Under the pieces are notes generated by a model, which saw only the letters and a program-made list of their open reading frames with translations, ran no database searches and was not told where the DNA came from. The position numbers were made by a program, and so were the translations under genes. 64,000 nt of DNA from Owenia fusiformis (Eukaryota). Below are positions 1-13,010 of this stretch, in pieces. The DNA is taken from assembly GCA_903813345.2 (NCBI GenBank), contig CAIIXF020000001.1, forward strand, positions 20,894,001 through 20,958,000, written 5' to 3'. Within the stretch, counting starts at the first letter, position 1. Every line of letters begins with the position of its first letter.

Positions 1-2322
1 AACATTTCCTCTGTGGATTAGGGGTGTGAGACCGCTAAAAACTAAAGCATTCAACTTTCTTAGATAAAAGATACCGATCTTGTCAACTTTTCAGCTTTAA
101 TGTTAAACAGTGTTTTTATTTTTTGATTGATGTAGTGTCGTCTTGTAGTCATTTCGGTTAGTATATCATTGGTATTTTATTACTGTCAACGTAGCTGATA
201 AGTAAATTGATTAAGTTGCAAAGCGATTAGTCCAAAGTGAAATATTATTTTCACAATTATGAAATTATACTTCCTGGACTAGATTGATATGTCAAATGAG
301 TCTGTTTGCTGGTCATGTTTATGCATCACAATGACTTTTACGTCGCCTAAATTATTCATGCTTGCAAAACAATCGAGAAAATAGTTCCTAATTATCCTGC
401 CGCCATCGTGGAGAATGATGGATCATGTTTGGATACCAATCCTTTTAAGGGTCCTCTCATGTGATCGGGAATATTGTGTGTCTATTATTCATTATTTCAT
501 TTTTTGTGACATTCTGTATCTTGTTAAAACGCAACAAGATTTAGAGTTGTAGTTTCCAACTGTGCGTATTGTCAGTATCACAATAATATTCAGTCTTGGC
601 AGTAGTAAGATTAATGGACTCAAATATTTATTGTGTTAAGTTTTCTAAAACGATGTTAAGATATGTGTTTGTCTTTATTGAATTGATACTTTATTTAACT
701 CTTAAAAATGCAACCATCAATCAAAATAAATTAAAGTTTGATCAAAAAATAAATATTTTGTTGTGGACTTAAGACAAGATTGCAAATTCAATTATTCTAA
801 CAATAAAGTGCAAATACTCCTCGATCATACATATCTATTATTTACAATTTGAATCAGACTTTATTTAACTTTAAACTAAAATTAGTTCAAGGGTCATTTT
901 TAAAAATCTAATTTAGACTTGGGTGGGCAAGCAGACATGTTCGTTAACATTGTATCTCACTTCACTTTGACAACCCTACGAATACTATTTCCTTAACTGC
1001 CATTTGCTAAAACAAAGCAAAGACAAATATTTGTCACAAAATATTAATTCAAACATGTTTCTCTGTTATATTGATGTATCGTTTTTGTTTTAAGTATTTT
1101 CAAACAGTTTTTATGCCAAATGTTGAAGTTGTCGATAGTGGCATGTTCTTGTCGGGATTTAAAACGCTAGGAGACAAACTTTACATAGTTATGTATATTA
1201 AAACTCATATAACAATCCAGGGTTATCTTGTATGTATGGTAGCATTTTGAATTATTTTGTGTGGTGTTATTATATTTTCTTCAGACTTCGTTCGAAGATA
1301 ATGTTCATTTAGTTTGTCAGCTATTTCATCATTTCTGATTCTGAATGTTTGCTGTGTGAGTTAGTTTCTTTTGAAATCAGTATTAATATGAGCAACACTG
1401 AAAAAACAATTAATTTGATTGCATAAGACTTGCACAATACTTGAACTGTAGAATACAAACAGATAAAAGTACTATATTCGCTGTTTCGGGGCTATTAGAG
1501 TTTCAATTCGTCAAATGATATGAGATCAGAGCATGTTTCTAGCGAAATCATGTCGCCTTTTAGATTTACTCTAGCAACCTCTCCCCTATCAGTTTCTATG
1601 CTGTGCGGCTTAGCACACACAGACTGAAAGCCCGAGGCCCATGAGTTGTTTTTAAATACGCCAACCAGCATTGTAGAGGGACTAAGGCACAATAGGACCG
1701 GCTAGAATTACATGGGTTTAGAGTAAATAAATATAAAAAACAAGCAATTTCTTTGTTGTAGCTCTTATTGTACATAGTTGAAGGATACATTTCAAAGGTA
1801 CCGATATCTTGAATTAGAATAGGCAAATATGAAACTTAAATTTCAGAACGAAATGATATTGAGAATAGAGACAGTCAATTCTTGATTAGTTTAGAAATTT
1901 CAATCCCGTTTACTTAACAATTTTGTCTGTACAGTCTTTTTGTAAATTAGTCCGTTTATTTGATATCTTTTCAAGCATTGATAAATGTATTTTTGATATT
2001 ATCAATATTATTAAACAATTAAATGTACAACACTTCAGAATAAAATAAATATAAAATCATTTAATATGTTGCCACATCTCATGGTTACAAAGGTTGGACT
2101 AATTAATTCGAAAAGCACTTTTCGATATGATAATATCAGATTTTCTCATAATTCGTATATTCTTTGTGGTTTTTGAATTAAATTATCTTATACTATGAAG
2201 AGTTCTGTATACATTTAATCAATTCATTTATGATTCAAGTTCAGACTGTCCACATTGAGATATTTTTGTTTATTCAAAAGGTGAGAGCAATATACTTAGA
2301 GATTGTTTATCTGTTATTGCAG

Positions 2323-3140
2323 GTCGTAGTCACATGTCTGATCCAGAATGTACAGAGATAGATGTTGATAGCGATAGTGATGGAGAAGCAGACCAACCAA
2401 GCCCTATTAACAGCCCACGCCTACAAAAGTCTCCCCCAAGCCCCGAACAACGCAGTCCCACAGAACCGCCCACTGGTTATAGACCAGGCAGATTAACAAA
2501 AATAGAAATTCTAGAACGCATATTCCCATTTCAAAAAAGGACAGTGCTTGATTTGGTGCTACAAGGGTGCAATGGTGACTTGGTGAAGGCTATTGAACAT
2601 TTCCTCTCCGCACAGGACACGATGGTTGCCCAGCAACAAATGGCCATGCATTCACGGTCTAGTGACGTCAGTTCTTATCATCCATACATGACCGCCTTTT
2701 CTCCATTTAGGACAAGCACTTCAGCCGCAAACACTAAAATTCCATTTGGGGGAATCAAGTCTGCATTCACTCCACTCTCCCCTAATTCACACCCGCCTGG
2801 ATACCCGGCATCTGCCTTACACTCGGCTTTTACTCCTCGGTCCGCAGCGTTTACAACAGAAGCACTGTTAGCGAGAACGCCTGCGCACCAACAGATAACA
2901 AGAACAGGGGATTTGATGTTACCAACACCGCCTCAGTTCCCCTACCCTGGAATAACCAACCTGCCGTCCAGCCTGCCTGGTGGTCTCCCCCCGCATTTGT
3001 TCCTTCACCCGTATAGGCCATTTACTTTGGAGCACCCAGCTCAAAAGAGTCCAAGCAAAAACAGTGACAGATCGGGTGATTCTGAAGATGGGTGGGAAGA
3101 TTCGGGTAGTAATAGGGGCTCTAACAAAGACGCTGAATAG
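2323..3140 (+). CDS. Dmrt: Last coding exon of a DMRT (doublesex/mab-3 related) transcription factor of the DMA-domain group (Dmrt93B/DMRTA-like); DM domain exon is upstream, not seen in this window
   Basis: Acceptor ctgttattgcAG ends at 2322; frame contains DMA motif RLTKIEILERIFPFQKRTVLDLVLQGCNGDLVKAIEHFL, repeated SAF(T/S)P-like motifs and Pro/Ser-rich tail; stop TAG at 3138-3140. Exact paralog not certain. Confidence 0.9.
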
Positions 3141-5311
3141 ACAGTCGACTAGCTTAGGGACTAGTTAGGGTTACGGAATCTCCAAGTGCTATCAGAATAA
3201 GCAGCTTTGTGGTGGACATTGTCAACTCTCCCGCCCTCATTTGAGGAAGATACAAATGCAGGTGTCCTATCATTTCTTGGTTATCTAATGCCGTGCTAAG
3301 CCTCAGATTGCAGAACATGTAACACATTGATTGACACTTGTCACTTATTGTGGGAAACTAAACATTTAGATGATATTATTCCAAGAAGTTTATAAATTTA
3401 ATTTATTTTATGTAATGTGAATATTACAATTTTTGAACAAGAGACGCCAGTCCTGCTTACAAAATATAGTCGTTATTATTAACAGGGTAAAAGGTATATA
3501 TTTATGTATATCAATATCATGTACAAACAAACTGTTGTTTATGGTTTTATTTTATTGGTATCATATTGTATTTTATAATTGTCCAGAATTGTATGTCACG
3601 TGATATATAGTATTAAGAAAACAGTATTTATTTATAACGATAGTACACTTATATCAGCTATTAAAATGAATTTATCAAGTTAATGCCACTTAAACTTATC
3701 TCCTAGCTTATATATCAAGTAATTGGATGACAAAGATTTGAAATACGTTAAACTATCTTCATATTTCGATATTTATGTGACACAGTGACAGAATTCTAGA
3801 TTAACGGTGTGATTTCTGGTGTCCTAACGCCTGGCAGATGTGTAAACTTTTGTTACGTTATGTAATTCTGAGATTGCAAGAAAGGCTTAACTTATTAAAG
3901 CCGAATAGATAATTTGGTTCAATATCGGATTAAGAAAGATGAAATCTAAAAGTTCATATTTCATGAGAACTGATAGGATAATGTATCGGTTTCGATTCAA
4001 ATGGAGATTCGCGCGAAGAAATCAGGCCACAATCTAGTATCTGAACACTATCTTTGTAGATACTTGGTATGACAGAATAATTTGTTAACTTCGGAAAATT
4101 GAGACACAAATCTGTAATAGTCCATATTTTGTATTTTTGAAATGGTCTTCGCTGCTTCGCTGCGCTCGACCCCAGTTGTGAATTCCATGAGTTGAAGCAC
4201 GTAGTGATATGGGTAGTTATTTGTGATAATGCGCCCATATTTACACACTGAACTTAACATTACACCCGATAGAAAGTAGTGTGATGTTACAGTTTAGATA
4301 AAGATAGTTACATGCCGACAACAAAACAAAATTACATTTTTTAATATGTACACATTTTTTATCTCTCCACTTACAACTACTCCAATTCATTTACTTAAGC
4401 AGAGAACATTTTAAATACTTAAGATGTCTTTGATGTACCGGCAAAACGTTATCAAACAGAGAAAACGAAATGTAATGATATTAGCAACTTTCTGATAAGG
4501 CAATTTATAGTTTAAACACGAAGCACGTTATCAATATGAAACATTTCCTCAGACATGAAAAACCATCGAATATTTCAACTGTCAGTCTATATTCCGAGTA
4601 GGCAGATTTTGTAAGGTAACACCACAGTTTCCCTTCAGTATGAGTTTACTTTTAATTTGCGAAATGTTTACTTTCTCAGTACATAATCTAATTTTCTACA
4701 ATGTAATAGAAAAGTAACAGAATAGAAGGGGTTGGCGCAGCGGGCCTGACTCGAAAAACTTTTTTCGGAAAGATATTTGGGTATTTTTTTCTTTTAACCA
4801 CCCCACTTAGTACTCCTTACTTAGTTCACTAAATACTGTTGTTTATTTTTCAAATGTATTTACAATATCTTCTATTTATTTTTGCAATGTATTTTGTAAG
4901 TAAAAACGTGTACAAGTGATATTTGAGTAGCTACATGTGATTATAACTCCATCAAATGTCACTTCGTTTTGTTATTTCTGGTTTGCAATTTGGTTTTGGG
5001 ATCAACTAACACCAGAAGTCCAACCTGTCAGGGACTTAGAAATCACTTCTGGACATTCTAAATATTTACTACAAGCACTTACATATAGCGGTGTGGCAAG
5101 CTCGGAATGTATCTCAAATTATCATAACCATACAAGATTGGCTTAATTTTGTGAATTTTTTTTATTTTACCCGTACATTTTTGTGATATCATGTAAAATG
5201 TAGAGAATGGTTTTGAGGTTGTAGTAAGATTAAACGTCGTATGTGTTATGGTTGTCATTACGTGAAATGTGTGTATAAATTAATTATGTATATTAGAATT
5301 GTAATGACAGA

Positions 5312-5317
5312 AATAAA
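5312..5317 (+). terminator. Candidate polyadenylation signal of the DMRT gene (would imply about 2.2 kb 3' UTR)
   Basis: AATAAA followed by T/GT-rich sequence, at the end of an AT-rich UTR-like stretch; not unique evidence. Confidence 0.35.
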
Positions 5318-6656
5318 AACTATTGAATATAATATGTAAATGAATGAATGTTTTTTCTTAATTTGAATTTTCTGTAGAATCAAAAAATGGTTGGAATACA
5401 TGAACCATTTTAGAACTTGAAGATATTTTAGCCGTTAAATGTTTCAACTAACACTGCGTCTCATCATTCCTTTTATCAATTTCATGAATTCTTGTATGGT
5501 CTTCATAATACATAATATAAATGACTTTCGAAACGACAATGCAAATCTAAGAAAATGCACTCTGATCTCTTGTGAACTGAAACAAAGCACAAGAAATGTG
5601 AATCATAGGACCAATGAAAATTCAAATATTCAGAGAACACTAATTGATAAAATATTTACGTGGAATTATTGTTCTCAGAACAAGTGTTATTTTGTTTTCG
5701 AACTCTAACTTGTTCTCTAAATTTTCTTCTATAATATATATTTTTATTTCCTTGTTTGTTTCCATCATTTTTAGGCCTTTACATCAAACTAAAACCATAA
5801 CATCGGTCGTTAAATATGCCTTATACTAATGCCCACATCTCCGCTGTCCGAATTTGGGAACGTACCTCTGTGTCCCATAAATTCGCTGAAATTATGAAAT
5901 TTACAAACAGAAGTTATAAAAGTTTCTTGTTTGAACTTTTCATAACAGCCACGATTATGTCTATGTTCCAATTTTCATAATGCATATACTACAAATACAT
6001 TCTGCAAAGGACCCCATCTTCATTTCTTCGCTTCTATCACTGCAATCAGAGTGGTGTAGCAATTAATCACCAGTATTGTCTCATAGTGTAACTTAGGCCC
6101 ATGGCCATGTCCAATTTGTTTTGATATTTTCATTGTAAAGGATTTAAATTTACTTCAAAACTAAATGTGATTACATTGCTCATTTGGTTTGATAGTTTGC
6201 GGTTTAATATTCTAAAGACCAACATTCTAAAGGCTAGAAGAGGTAAGACGTTCACACAACAATGGTAACTATTGTAAGTTAAAGGTTTGAGAAGGGATCA
6301 TGTATCAATGGCGGTCTGCGCTGTATGTTGGTCCTAAAAGACTTGTAGACATAACAATTGAATTTGTGTTCTCATCTTTAAGCCCCTCTCTATTCTCAAT
6401 TCAGCTAATCCACGTTGCCAGTTCCTGCACATGACACCTTTTGTTGGATGTTGACTAAATTCATGTTTGAAAATATCAATCTTCATAACTTATAAATATA
6501 AGAAAAGAGTAGTATGCTGTCAAACGTTGGCGGGCCACTTGAAATAGAGAACTGCCTTCATAATGGCATGTTATGAAAACGATATCCTTATCAAATATAT
6601 AGAGGTTATACCTAGGGATGGAATGTATATTGGTTTTTTCGAGAAGGATGATATAT

Positions 6657-7085
6657 AGAGGATATCCTATGATTTATGAGTGATATGATTTTTATCCACG
6701 AATGGATATGATATCTGCACGAGCGAGCGTAGCGAGAGAGTGCAGATATCAATAACCATGAGTGGATTAAAATCATATCACGAGTGAATCATAGGATGTT
6801 CTTTTTATTCCATAGTTAAAGTCATCATCAGAATCGTCGGAAACTAAGTCATTTAATTCGAATTTTCCAAACGATCCGGCGATGTTGACACTTAGCCTCG
6901 TTTTGAGTCTGAAGTAGCAAAAATCCATAAACCATCGCATACGACGTCGTATGTCATGGCTAAAAAACCGTATGCTATGGTTAAGTGAAAATTTGTCAAA
7001 AATATCATATTTTACCACTGATTACAAAAATACCGTTTTTATTTTCACATGTTATCCTATGAATATCATGCTAACTATGGAATAA
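6657..7085. mobile_element. Hairpin-type non-autonomous element (long palindrome plus 14-bp inverted repeat), class unresolved (Crypton- or Helentron-like)
   Basis: About 64-bp imperfect arms 6657-6720 / 6740-6802 around gagcgagcgtagcgagaga; perfect IR ttattccatagtta (6805-6818) / taactatggaataa (7072-7085). Confidence 0.6.
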
Positions 7086-10000
7086 TATGATATATTTCCG
7101 AGGGACCAATGATAGTCCATAAACAAATGACAAAATTACAAAAGATGAAACACTGTGAAATTTCATAAAATCCCGGCAGAGGAGTTTACGGGATGTATAT
7201 GGCAAAAAAACTCATCATCATCTTATCAACGTATCATGGTATAAATAGTGTTGATGGCGTTTTATTTGAGACAAAGATGTAAGTGTCCGTATTGTAGTCT
7301 ATGTCCTCTCCAGCTTTGAATGTAAGAGCGCAAGGACAAACAAGCACACAAGACAACAATTCAAAAATGAAAAAGAACCCCATATCAATCACATAATGAA
7401 GTCTTTGAAGTCAATGATCACCTATGCTTGTATGGACGATTTATAGAAAGCCATTTGATAATCATGGCTACTTTTAACAAATACCTTTATGACCAGCATA
7501 AATTGAATAAATGTCATAATAATGAGCAACTACATGTAATCTATTGATTTAACTAACCATAACAAATTATTGACGATTTTTGTTTACCCTAACAATTGAC
7601 TAAACGCATGTAGGAACAAATAAACAAACAATTATGGCAAAGCCTAATTAATTCTGATCGCGAATAGAAAGTATTGAATGGTAATGGATACAAGTCAAAA
7701 TAATTTCAAAAATTAAAATTTGAATATTGTGAAGTTAAAGTTTAACTGGAATCCAGTGAAAAGAAACAATTTCGGATGTAGACGTATTATGTTTGACTTT
7801 GCCTATATATATATATACAGATAATTTGTTGAAACTGCATAACAATAAAATTAAAGGTAAACAACCACGTCATTGCTTTAATTTATGTAAGTTGTTTTAA
7901 TAAAGAAATCGTCTATGAACATGTATGTTTATTGAGAAATGTACATAAAAGCGAGGACTACCGTTCAAGCAGTAGAGATCTAAGTCAAAGTTGTCATTAA
8001 AATATGCTCATAAATTGGAACTTGAATTTGACTATAAGATTATAGTTGAAAAGAGACAGGTCCCGCAAACTGAAGTGGAGACACACGAAAGTATCAGACG
8101 CTGGCAAGTTTATTCAGCAAATGTCTTCGACTCAAATTGCATTTACCGAACGCTTGTGTGCATATAGGTAGTATAGGGAATGTTATCACTGTTGTTTGTT
8201 ATCTCGAAACACATTGTGAAGTTCCGACAAACCTCCACTAATGCAATAGTAACAAGGAAATAATTAAACAGTTGAAACGATTCTTTTTCTGTAGACAATA
8301 GGTCATGTCCCAAACTAAACAAAGATTTAATTACATTTGAAAAGTAGCAGTTTATTGGTGTTTATCGTTTCACAAATCATCAACGAACAGCAGATGAACA
8401 CAGTGACAGCATACCCTAAATTTTGTTTTCCTACATTTTTGCCCTGCTAGATATGTGTCAGTTTATTGGGGAAGTTATGTTTGAATGGTTAAGCAAATGC
8501 TTCTTCCAAAAATTGTAATTTTGCATTCCGGCGTACATGTATATCAAATCATGCCCTTCTATTAGCTTCACACTATTATTTCTAGTTAAAGACAGAAAGA
8601 TGTGATGAGTATCAGAATGATATTTTGTAGATCACCACCAATATTGAAAACTAAGTACAAACTCGTTATTCGCCCGTGACAAGGGCGGAAAATGACCACT
8701 ATGGAGCACCATGGCTCCACCTTTTGACATTGCTCAAATATACTATACTAATGCCCTGGGAACTGGCCTCGCAAGATGGAGAAATTATAACTTCATTTCA
8801 CCAGGTGCACCTCTAATCTGATTGATTAACAATTGATCTGTTATTTTATCAAATTATGATGAACTTTTAATCAACTATTGAGCATTTCCTTACTTACCAT
8901 ATTTCTTAAATCAATAACATTATCAAGATAATTAGTCAGTTTAAGATTGATAGAATTGAAGTTAAACACTGTTTTAAAAGAGGTAAACGTTAAAGCCACT
9001 TTAACCCCGGAGTCACTGTCAGAGTGCTCTATGCGAATAAAATGATATCAAAATAGGCCAATCTCAAATCAACCCATATGTGCTGTAATAAAGTCTATCA
9101 ATCAGAATTATATAAGACCGTTAAAACAGACTTAGCCTATTCCAAAATCTCGTTGGATGGGCCTTTATTTGACTTTAGTGCGTGTTCAGTGATAGTACTT
9201 TTCCAGCATCTGGACCAATTTGCTATAAAAAATGATGAAATGTCGCAACAATGATTCACATCCAAATTCAATTAATTATGAGGAATGAATTTTCAAATGG
9301 ACACCCACCGAGCATTTTATAAAATATTTTCAAAATAAAGCTCACGTGCTTAATTACGAAGGTAATCATAACACGGATCGGGCCTTAAATTCATTTGAGC
9401 GTCCAGTGCCTAAACTATGTACATTTTGAGAAAATATCACTAAGCATCGCTCATAATTTGCTATACGATGGCTTTTTCTTCTTTCTTGTCATGGTAATAT
9501 GAAAGGAGATGCGATAAATGTCAGAGAAAACTTGGTATTAATCACTTTCTAAAATAGGTAGCCTGCTTTAGGTGACTAAAACATGACGTGTCATCAACTC
9601 CTGCCAAATGAAGCACTCTCTCAACAACAAACAAGTCAGCTGCGAGCACTGGAGTTGATTTCTTGTGCGGCAGTTTCGGTTTCTCAAACCAACCACAAAC
9701 TCAGTTTGCACTTAGTTTACATGCAGTTGGAGGTACACACATTACATACATTTTTGATTTACAAAGTGTGTATATACTTGATAATACGAAAGGCAATCTA
9801 ACCCCAATCTCGACAGACTCTATATATTTTTGTATATTTGAAAATCCACAATGTCGATCGTTTGGGGGTTTATATCTAGAAAACTATAAGAGCTCAGCAG
9901 ACAAACATGTACCCAATTCCGACTCGACAGATGGCTTATTTACAATTTTCAGTTACGATCTCAAATGAATATTGGTGATCTCATCTGACATATTGATATA

Positions 10001-11724
10001 CAATTTAATAAGTTCTAGAATTGGTAATCAAAGTAACAACTGCATGTGACATGTTTTTAAACCTGTGTTTCGACTATGAAGATGATGTTTTAATTGCAAC
10101 ATGATTTCTATTAATTGGGTCCGTGACACAAAGGTAAACATATGTAGCATCTGATACCTTATCCTTAATGTTCGACTGTATAATATGCGTTTGTTGAGGA
10201 TAAATATTGATGTAATTTAGTTACAGAATTGTTGAAACGTTCTGACACTTTCAGCTGTTTCTAGCCCCACCAGAAACACTTGTGTAAAGACGGCTTGATT
10301 ATTTGGCAACAATTAACGGAATTATTTCCATATATTCTCCTGGTAGTTGCCGCTAAAGATATGATATTACCACCCTTGAGATTTTAGTTTTAAAATCGCA
10401 ATCTCAAAGTTACAGTTAGAATAGAATAATCATCACTTTGAGATGCCATCGGCTTTTTTGGTTATAATTATGTGATTCAAGGAATGAAAACGAACATCTT
10501 TTTCATCTCGGTTTAAAAGTAATTCAGTAGTATGTTTTCCAAAAGGTTTCCAAAAGTTAGTGTGAGTAATTGAAAGTGTATTGGAACTGTTTGGTGTATC
10601 TTCCTAAACTGGAAACCTTTGTATCAGCAAACGTATAACATAGCAAGAACCCGAGTAAAAGTAAAAACAAACCCTGTATCGGAGTTTTTGAAATGTTTGG
10701 ATAGATTTGTGTTTGAAGTTGATACAATTCGCGAACCTGAGAAAATGGAAAGATTATAAATTCTCGTTGGTTGATATTTCCCCGGCTACATTGGCCACAC
10801 ATGGTTGATAAGCTGCGATCTAGTTCTAGAGTATGTGAACAAGCGCTAATTGATAATGTCATCTAAGAAACGAAACATCGAGATATCACTCCGCCTGGGG
10901 TGCTCAAACTGGATCACAGTATAAATGCCTATTGCGCTAAATATTTAGATATTTGAGGTAACCAACTTCTGGTGTACCCCAGGCCATCGGGTCTTACATG
11001 TTTTTGCCATTAAATCATTGCTATATCGAAACTTTTAACGTTTTTTCGAGTGCAATACAGCAATTTGTACAACATATCAATTGGCATGTGGCAGAAAGAC
11101 GAGAAAAGCCTTGGGATTGATAGACCTGTAGATACAGAAACAACCTTTGTTCTTAAACAAAGTCGACCACTAATAAAATAGGCTTTAAAAGACGTCAACG
11201 TATCTTTCATACACGAATGACCAATGGAGTCATATGCCGCCCTCTCGTATTGAAAAACTAACTTTTGAAGTCAAAATAGGCCAAATTGAATATTGGCCCA
11301 GGTGTCCACATTTCTGTTATCTTTAATTGGAAAAAACTCGTCGTTGCAATAGCAAACCTATGAAAATCATGCCGACTACTATGTCATAAGTGGGCAGTTT
11401 TTGAGCTATAGTGGTTACTTAAAAAGTAGTTTGTACCATAGGCTATTGGTTGTGCAACTTGCACGCTGAAATTAGGATCTTTAAATTCTTGGCTACTACC
11501 ACGTCGGAGTCTTAACAACTTTAAGAATTGTCAGCTATTGTCAGACACTTTTTTACCCTCATGCAACAAAATGTATTTCTGAAATGAGCTAACTGAATCC
11601 AGATTACTTTTTCTCGTTTCAACGTTTTGATTGGACCTCATATTTTTCTATAGACACACACACACATATCTATTTTTCTGGTCGACTTTTCAAGGCAGCA
11701 TCAAAATTCTGTTTGTTTTTACGC

Positions 11725-13010
11725 ATGGCGCCTGGTGTCACGGCCATGTGATTTGGGGACCTTATTTTTTAGTGCCAAACGTTTTTGTTTTGCAGTCGAG
11801 AAATCAAACCATTCACTCACGTTAAGGAAGCTACTTCATTTAAATCTTAATTTCGCCACTTTGATCTAATCTTCTGATTCTAAACAAAGATAAGTATTGA
11901 GAAAGTATCGTCATGTGGTAAATATAATCCATAAATTGAGCCATCAACTACAACCAATTGCTATAGTGTTTAAAGAACTGTGTTAAAAGTACATGACGTT
12001 TCCGATGAACAACAGGAAAATTTGTATATCCGAAAACCTCTCAGAACGGTGAGATAGTCGCCACGTGACCTTTATTTCTGATGTTGCGCGAACGAGCTGA
12101 ACGTGAAACAAATCGTGCCTTATTCTTTAAATGAAGCCGAATTCGCAGCCAAATGTTGCATATTTCTTTATATATTGTTATTTCAAATACTGTTGCCAGA
12201 ATAGCTTTTAAAACGAGTATGAACATCAGATTTGTGAACTTTTTAATTGTTCGAAATGTATTTCACTCTGTTTTTGAATTATTTGACAGTACACGAGTCA
12301 AATGTCTTAAATCACTTCTGCATTCCTGATTCGCGTGGATTCATAAACGAAAGACAAGAGAGACAACAATACATACGTGGAGCTGGACTCAACACTGTGA
12401 ATTTAGTATAAATATGAAAATTCCTAATTTTTCTGTTTTAATCGAGAATTACTTTCAGCTAGTTCGCGCAACATCAAAAAGAAAGGTCGCGTGATGACTA
12501 TCGCCCCCATGTTCTTGGAATCGGTCATTTTTAATCTTGCCATGTACCATGTTAAAACCTACAAATGTAAACACCTGCCAATCAGAGCACTTTCGTCGGG
12601 TCCAAGTGGCGTTCGGATTAGACAGGTTTTACTGTCTTTTATTTACTGTTATAGAGCGACGTTCTCGTACTTCTTTGAACACTATTGCGATTATTGAAAA
12701 ATCTCGCTGGATCATATATTTCCCTATCAACTACAAAGTTTATGTTTATTTTCATATTCATATATGGAGCCTGGTGTCATAGCCATGTGGATTGGGAACC
12801 CTATTTTTTCTTTCATACCAAACATTTTTGATTTGCAGTCGGGAAATCCAACCCCTCGCTCGCTGTAAAGAAAACTAAGCAAGTTAACATTTAAAAATTG
12901 ATTCGCCACTTCAATCCTAACTTCTAATACTCAACATTGATAAGTATTGAGAAAATATTTTGATGTGGCAAATATCATCAATAAATTGAGCTATCAACTA
13001 TAGCGATCGG
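11725..13010. repeat. Two diverged direct copies of a roughly 240-bp sequence
   Basis: 11725-11960 and 12764-13010 share colinear blocks (cctggtgtca, ttgcagtcg, ttcgccactt, gataagtattgagaaa, ataaattgagc). Confidence 0.85.

Noticed and set aside
4728..4770. tRNA A-box-like tggcgcagcgg
   Set aside because: No B box or cloverleaf follows.
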